Shown here piece after piece: positions 59,022 through 64,000 of a stretch of DNA of 64,000 nucleotides (the first letter of the stretch is position 1; each line of letters starts with the position of its first letter). The position numbers were made by a program, and so were the translations under genes. The stretch is taken from positions 1,376,001 through 1,440,000 of the forward strand of contig CAXXLF010000002.1 of assembly GCA_963664015.2 (NCBI GenBank). Direction: 5' to 3'. The notes under the pieces are model-generated. The model did not search any database and was not told the origin of the DNA. It worked only from the letters and a program-made list of their open reading frames with translations. The DNA is from Candidatus Binatia bacterium (GTDB lineage Bacteria; Desulfobacterota; Binatia; UBA9968; CAXXLF01).

Positions 59022-60434
59022 CTAAAGGTGCAGAACAACCATCTTGAGTTCGGTCATCTCCTCAACGGCGTAACGGGGCCCTCCTTACCAAAACCAGATT
59101 CTTTCAAACCGCCGTATGGCATAAGGTCGGCGCGCCATTGAGGTCCCCAATTGATATGAAGGTTGCCCGAATCCACTTCCCGTGCAAACCGCCTGGCCCA
59201 TTCCAGATTCTTCGTGAAAATCCCAGCCGCAAGTCCGATAGATGGATTGGTTGGCAAGCGCTATGGCTTCATCAATGTTCTTAAAGGGGGTAACCGCTAC
59301 CGCGGGGCCGAATAATTCCTCACATGAGATGCGCATCTCTGGTTTGACATCGGCCACCACCGAGGGGATGTAGACTGCCCCGTGACGCTCTCCCCCCGGT
59401 CACAAGGCGAGCCCCGCCGTCTATGGCCTCATTCACCCATTTTCAACACGAATGGCGTCGTCCTCCCGTATCATGGGCCCAACCTGAGTTGTTGCCTCGA
59501 GCTGATCGCCAGTGACCATGCCGGCAATCTTGGGATTGAGGACACTAAGAAAGTCGCTGTAGACCTCTCCTGCAGTGAGGCTCCTCTGAGCCGATATGCA
59601 CACTTGTCCGGCATTGGCATAACCGGTCGCGGCTACGGCCTCCGCTACCCTTTCAATATCGGCGTCGGGCATGACGATAAGGGGAGAATTGGAACCCAGT
59701 TCCATAGTCACCCTCTTGATCCCTGCAAGGCGGCAAATCCGCTCCCCGATGTCCCGGCTGCCGGTAAAGGTTATCTTTCTGACCCGTCGATCCGCGACCA
59801 ATGGATCACCAATCTCACTCCCTGATCCGGTGATGCACTGGATCCCCTATGCCGGGAGACCGGACTCAAGAAGGACCCGGGTGAGATGGAGAGCCGACAG
59901 GGGCGTATCCGTCGCCGGCTTGATGATGACCGAATTGCCGGCGGCAAGCGCGGGGCCCACCTTATGGCAAACCAGGTTCAGAGGAAAGTTGAACGGACTG
60001 ATGGCGGCCACGACACCACAGGGTACTCGCAGGGTAAAGCCCAGCTTGCCGCCCCCGCCGGGATCTCCATCCAGAGGTACGGTCTCGCCATGGATTCGCT
60101 TTGCCTCCTCCGCCGATCCCAGCAGGGTTTCCACTGCACGGCCGGCTTCACTGCGTCCTTCGGAAATAATTTTGCCCTCTTCCGACGAGATCAGGCGGCC
60201 TAGTTTTTCCGTCTCTTTCCCCATCAAGTCGGCTGCCTTGCTAAGGATCTTCCACCGTTCGTAGCCGGAAAGCTTGGCCATCACCTTCGCTCCGCGTTCG
60301 GCAAAGGCCAATGCGCGTTCCACATCGCCCACTTCCCCCCTTGGGACCGTATCGATGACCGAACCATCGAAGGGATTGAGAACCTCGATACCTTTAGGCT
60401 TGTCGACCCATTCGCCTGCTATGAACATCTTCAT
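59022..60434 (-). pseudogene. NAD(P)-dependent aldehyde dehydrogenase, one nonsense codon and three frameshifts
   Basis: PFNFP, KPA, FTGS, MELGSN, GQVCIS, EELFGP, YGGLKESG motifs spread over several frames; TAG at 59847; shifts near 59441, 59236 and 59077. Confidence 0.9.
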
Positions 60435-60611
60435 GGTCGTCCTCCTGCTTCTCTTACTTCTCTTACATAACCTGGCCTGAAAGTTACCCGCTCGTTCCGG
60501 CAAGTGTCAACAAGTTGTCCTGTGATGCATCAGTCATTTTGCCCGGCCCGCCCACATGGGGTTTTGGCGGGATTACACTCGGCAATTTCTGTATGGTAGG
60601 AATGTTACGAA

Positions 60612-61487
60612 GTGATCCGATTTACGAACCGACAGATTTCCAGGCTCGTAACCGCCCTGGTGGGCCTGTTACCTGACCTGGCCGCCCAACGCCTCGGCTG
60701 GAGTCTCGGCACTTACGCCTCGTATATATGCCGCCGGCGAACCCATAAAGCCCAACGTCACATGGGTCGGGTGTTGGGCCCGGATGAGGACCTGCGAAGG
60801 GCGGGACGAGAGGTGTTTGGTTACTACGGTCAGTATTGGGGGGAACTGCTGTGGTTGCAGGCCCACGGCCTCAAAGTCAATTCCATCCCTACGATCGTGG
60901 ACGGGATCGAAGAGCTCCGTAAGGCCAAGGCCGCCAGCCGGGGAATGATCCTGGCCATGCCCCACCTGGGGAGTTGGGACGTGTTGGGATTCCTGGCACG
61001 TCAAGAACAGATTGAGATCACTGTTGTCGCCGAATGTCTTCCTGAACACAGGATGCGAGATTGGTTTTTGAAGTTACGAAGGGGACTGGGGATGGAGGTT
61101 CTGGACGCTGGGCGCGATGGTGTCTCGGCATCGGCGCTCGCCAAAAGGCTAAGGACCGGAGGCGCGATTGTATTGATTACCGATCGTGATCTCAGGGGGA
61201 CCGGTGTGCCGGTGGTCTTCTTTGGCGAACAAACGACATTGCCCGGTGGGCCGGCGACACTGGCGGAACTGACGGGAGCACCCATCTTTCCGGTGGCGGA
61301 CTATTTCCTCCCCGGCGGAGGGCACCGTATAGTGATTCAAAAACCCCTCGCGTCAACGACGACCGGCAGCCTAGAGCAACGCTTACGCCTGCGTACCCAG
61401 CGACTGGCCCAATCCCTCGAGATTCTTATACGCCAAGCGCCCACCCAGTGGCACTTGGTACGCCCCAACTGGCCATCAGACCGCTGA
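60612..61487 (+). CDS. Lipid acyltransferase (LpxL/PatA family)
   Basis: PHLGSWD (HxxxxD), DRDL.G.GV.V.FFG....P.GPA.LA..TGA, P.QW motifs. Confidence 0.85.
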   Translation: MIRFTNRQISRLVTALVGLLPDLAAQRLGWSLGTYASYICRRRTHKAQRHMGRVLGPDEDLRRAGREVFGYYGQYWGELLWLQAHGLKVNSIPTIVDGIEELRKAKAASRGMILAMPHLGSWDVLGFLARQEQIEITVVAECLPEHRMRDWFLKLRRGLGMEVLDAGRDGVSASALAKRLRTGGAIVLITDRDLRGTGVPVVFFGEQTTLPGGPATLAELTGAPIFPVADYFLPGGGHRIVIQKPLASTTTGSLEQRLRLRTQRLAQSLEILIRQAPTQWHLVRPNWPSDR

Positions 61488-61492
61488 CCCGA

Positions 61493-61979
61493 TTACCCGC
61501 CGTAATTCAGGCCGTGGTCCCGCATCAGGATGGTCTGATCCTCCCGCCGAATACCCGCCTCCAGGACCTCGCCCACAAACAGGGTGTGATCCCCTTTGGC
61601 TACCTCGCCGACGACCTTACATTCCCACCATGCGGGCAGATTGAGAAAGAGGGGACAACCCGTGTTCTTGCCCAATTCAAAACTCTCCCCCCCCAAGGGT
61701 ATTGCTTTGAGGTTGCTGGGGTTTGAAAAAAGTGAAGGCAATGTCTTTTTGATCCTTACCGATCACATTGATGGCAAAGACCCCGGTGTCCTTGATTTGC
61801 TGATGCACCCCCGAATCCGCCTTGACGCCCACGGCGATAAGAGGGGGCTGGAAAGAGGTCTGAGTCGCCCAGTTGATCGTAGCCGCATTGGCACCCTGGC
61901 CGCCGCTCTCCTTAGTACTGAGCACAAACATTCCGTAAGGAATCATTCTCAACGCTGTTTTTTTCGCCGCTTCGTCCAT
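61493..61979 (-). pseudogene. Flavin reductase-like protein, frameshifted at a G8 tract (61687-61694)
   Basis: IPYG.FVL, Q.SF.PP, F.INV in one frame; G.P, ECKV, GDHTLFVGEV in another; G7 would restore a single ORF. Confidence 0.8.
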
Positions 61980-62021
61980 CCAGTGCCTCCTTGGTTATTT
62001 TCGTTTATTTGGTCTGATCTT

Positions 62022-62225
62022 TCATCGGATCTTTAAATCCAATGCCACCGGCCCCTTTTCCCCCTTGCGAACCTGGAACTGCACCGTGTCTCCCTCGTTG
62101 AAATCCTCCAATTGCCCCCTCGGGGCCATACTGCTCCGATGAAAAAAAACATCCTCGCTACCATCATCGGGTGTGATGAATCCGAATCTTCGTTCACGAA
62201 CTATCTTTTTAATTGCCCCCGTCAT
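62022..62225 (-). CDS. Cold-shock domain protein
   Basis: RNP-1 RFGFI, RNP-2 VFFH, G.KGP.A. Confidence 0.92.
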   Translation of the reverse strand: MTGAIKKIVRERRFGFITPDDGSEDVFFHRSSMAPRGQLEDFNEGDTVQFQVRKGEKGPVALDLKIR

Positions 62226-62327
62226 TAGTCGATTCTCTCTCCATCAAAACTTGTTTCAAATCTCATAATCCCAAGAAATTTCGAAGTCAAGCCTGCACAG
62301 GGCAAAGCCAGCAAGGGGCAAGACGCA

Positions 62328-62577
62328 TAGCCCCATGGGTCAGAGTGAAGCCTCCACAGGCTTACGCCGGTGGATCCCTCCTTATCTGTGGCGGATTCCG
62401 CCGACGCACCCTCCTTACCTACTCCGCCGAAGCGGCCGCCTCGGCTGCGAAGGCCGGGCGCTCTTCGAGATACGGCCAGTCGCCCGAAGGCTTTGGGCCG
62501 CAGGGCGGAGGGTCCGTCCATCGCATTTATCCATGAGGTCACGGAGCTCACACCCATGGTCTGATGCGAAGGCGGAT
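62328..62577. mobile_element. Hairpin-rich non-coding element (possible non-autonomous IS200/IS605-type or REP-like unit)
   Basis: At least five stem-loops in ~250 nt, including TCCACCGGC-GTAA-GCCTGTGGA (minus strand) and a TCGCAT..CCATG/CATGG..ATGCGA stem. Confidence 0.4.
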
Positions 62578-62932
62578 GAAAATGGAACAAGGATCAGGGT
62601 CGCCTTCCACCGTAAACGCTGCACCGAGCCGAATCAAGGAGAGCACGCCCCGATCGGAGCCTTGTTCACCGAGGAGTTCCCTTGCAGCGAAATCACTTGT
62701 CTCTGTCACTGGGAATCTATCAAAAACATTTGGGTTACTGTGAATGTGTGAAAAGGCGCGCTTGCCCTTGCAAATGATTCGGATGAGGTCTAAACATAGG
62801 AAAAGGCGCTTGATTATGCGCTTTTCAATAGCAGGCGAAAAATGCAATGGGATACTGGGATTAGTATCCTTCCTGCAGCGCATCTCGTATTTAGCATAAT
62901 TTAGTTTTTGATTTAATCATTAAGGATAAATC

Positions 62933-64000
62933 ATGAATAAAATTGATCTTGCCATAGCGATTGGCGGTGCCGCCGGCCAGGGGATTGCGACACCGGGAGA
63001 CATCCTGGCCCGTATCTTCGTGCGCCGGGGTCTCCATTTGAATGCTTACAACGCGTACCAGTCCATCATTCGTGGTGGCCATATCTTCTTGACGCTGCGC
63101 ACCAGTGAACAAGTCGTGCACACCTACGGTGATAAGCTCGACGTCTTGATACCCTTGAATCAAGATACCATGAACCGGCATCTCAAGTTGATGAAGTCCG
63201 GCTCCGTCGTGCTGTTCAACAGTGATAAAATCCATCCTGGCACGGCGGCCAAGGGAGTCCAGCTCTGTCCCTTCTCGGTTAAGGAACTTGCCCCCAAGGT
63301 CAGGGGAGATCTGGTTCAAAATACCGTTGCCTTGGCGGCGGTGCTTCGTTTGATCGGTGTCGAGTTCAACACCCTGAAAGGCATTTTGACCTTGCAGTTC
63401 AAGCGAAAAAGCGACGCCGTTGTTGCAGAAAACGTGGGAGTGGCCCGTGCTGGATACGATTATGCGGGCGAGCATTTCAGACCGTTCCCCTTTACCCTGC
63501 CCGACACGGGTAAGAAACTGGCATTTTTAGAAGGCAACCAGGCCCTGGCCATGGGAGGAGCGGCGGCGGGAGTTCGCTTTTACTGCGCCTATCCCATGAG
63601 TCCCGCCACCGGTGTCCTCCATTGGATGGCTCGCCACGCACGTCAGATGGGAATTATGGTGCGTCAGGTCGAAGACGAGCTGGCCGTGATCAACATGGCC
63701 ATCGGCGCCGCCCATACGGGGTGCCGGGCCATGTGCGCCACCTCGGGAGGCGGCTTTGCACTCATGACGGAGGCCCTCGGTGCAGCGTCCATGATGGAGA
63801 TACCCGTAGTTTGCATCGACGTCCAACGGGCGGGACCGGCCACCGGCGTACCCACCAAGACCGAGCAGGGGGACCTCTGGCAAGCCCTGGGAGCAGGGCA
63901 AGGAGACTATCCGAGAGTGATTGTTGCGCCCACCACCATTACGGACTGCTTCAAGACGGTTCCCGAGCTGTTTAATTTAGCGGATAAATTCCAATGTCCC
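62933..64000 (+). CDS. 2-oxoacid:ferredoxin oxidoreductase alpha subunit (runs off window)
   Basis: Manual translation MNKIDLAIAIGGAAGQGI...YQSIIRGGH...GNQALAMG...YPMSPA...QVEDELA...ATSGGG...DVQRAGPATG.PTKTEQGD. Confidence 0.93.
   Translation, partial: MNKIDLAIAIGGAAGQGIATPGDILARIFVRRGLHLNAYNAYQSIIRGGHIFLTLRTSEQVVHTYGDKLDVLIPLNQDTMNRHLKLMKSGSVVLFNSDKIHPGTAAKGVQLCPFSVKELAPKVRGDLVQNTVALAAVLRLIGVEFNTLKGILTLQFKRKSDAVVAENVGVARAGYDYAGEHFRPFPFTLPDTGKKLAFLEGNQALAMGGAAAGVRFYCAYPMSPATGVLHWMARHARQMGIMVRQVEDELAVINMAIGAAHTGCRAMCATSGGGFALMTEALGAASMMEIPVVCIDVQRAGPATGVPTKTEQGDLWQALGAGQGDYPRVIVAPTTITDCFKTVPELFNLADKFQCP

Noticed and set aside
59847-59849. Pyrrolysine at the ALDH TAG
   Set aside because: The gene also has three frameshifts, no pyl genes are visible, and TAG ends many intact genes here.
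62908-62920. FNR box upstream of the oxidoreductase (TTGAT-TTA-ATCAT)
   Set aside because: The spacer is 3 nt instead of 4, the right half mismatches, and the context is AT-rich.
62891-63975. ORFs 62891-63475, 63527-63901 and 63622-63975
   Set aside because: Shadow frames of the + strand oxidoreductase gene, which the track missed because it has no stop inside the window.

Overview
Core-genome window (mostly minus strand) from a GC-rich diderm bacterium. The protein styles look deltaproteobacterial, possibly Binatota; this is an inference. In window order it contains: lptD-folC-trpABFCD-SPOR-argS; a broken kptA; a cupin gene; a ~32 kb continuous translation/transcription supercluster (tRNAs-tuf-rpmG-secE-nusG-rplKAJL-rpoBC-rpsLG-fusA-S10-spc-alpha, with no rpmD and no str-operon tuf); rlmB; lptF-lptG; argC-rpsI-rplM; hup-lon-clpX-clpP-tig; 12 tRNA genes in total; rdgB-rph; and a decaying accessory end (ALDH pseudogene, acyltransferase, frameshifted flavin reductase, cold-shock protein, a hairpin-rich element, start of a 2-oxoacid:ferredoxin oxidoreductase alpha subunit). 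The main observation is that a recent copy of the neighbouring HU (hup) gene, with its RBS, sits in the first codons of lptG. Its stop codon has changed from TGA to TGG, giving an in-frame HU-LptG fusion: a nucleoid-binding domain on an LPS-export permease. The old lptG RBS/ATG and a 4-bp direct repeat are still visible around the insert. A second theme is a dispersed family of 7-8-nt periodic inverted-repeat hairpins in intergenic spacers. All calls come from reading the sequence; no searches were run.
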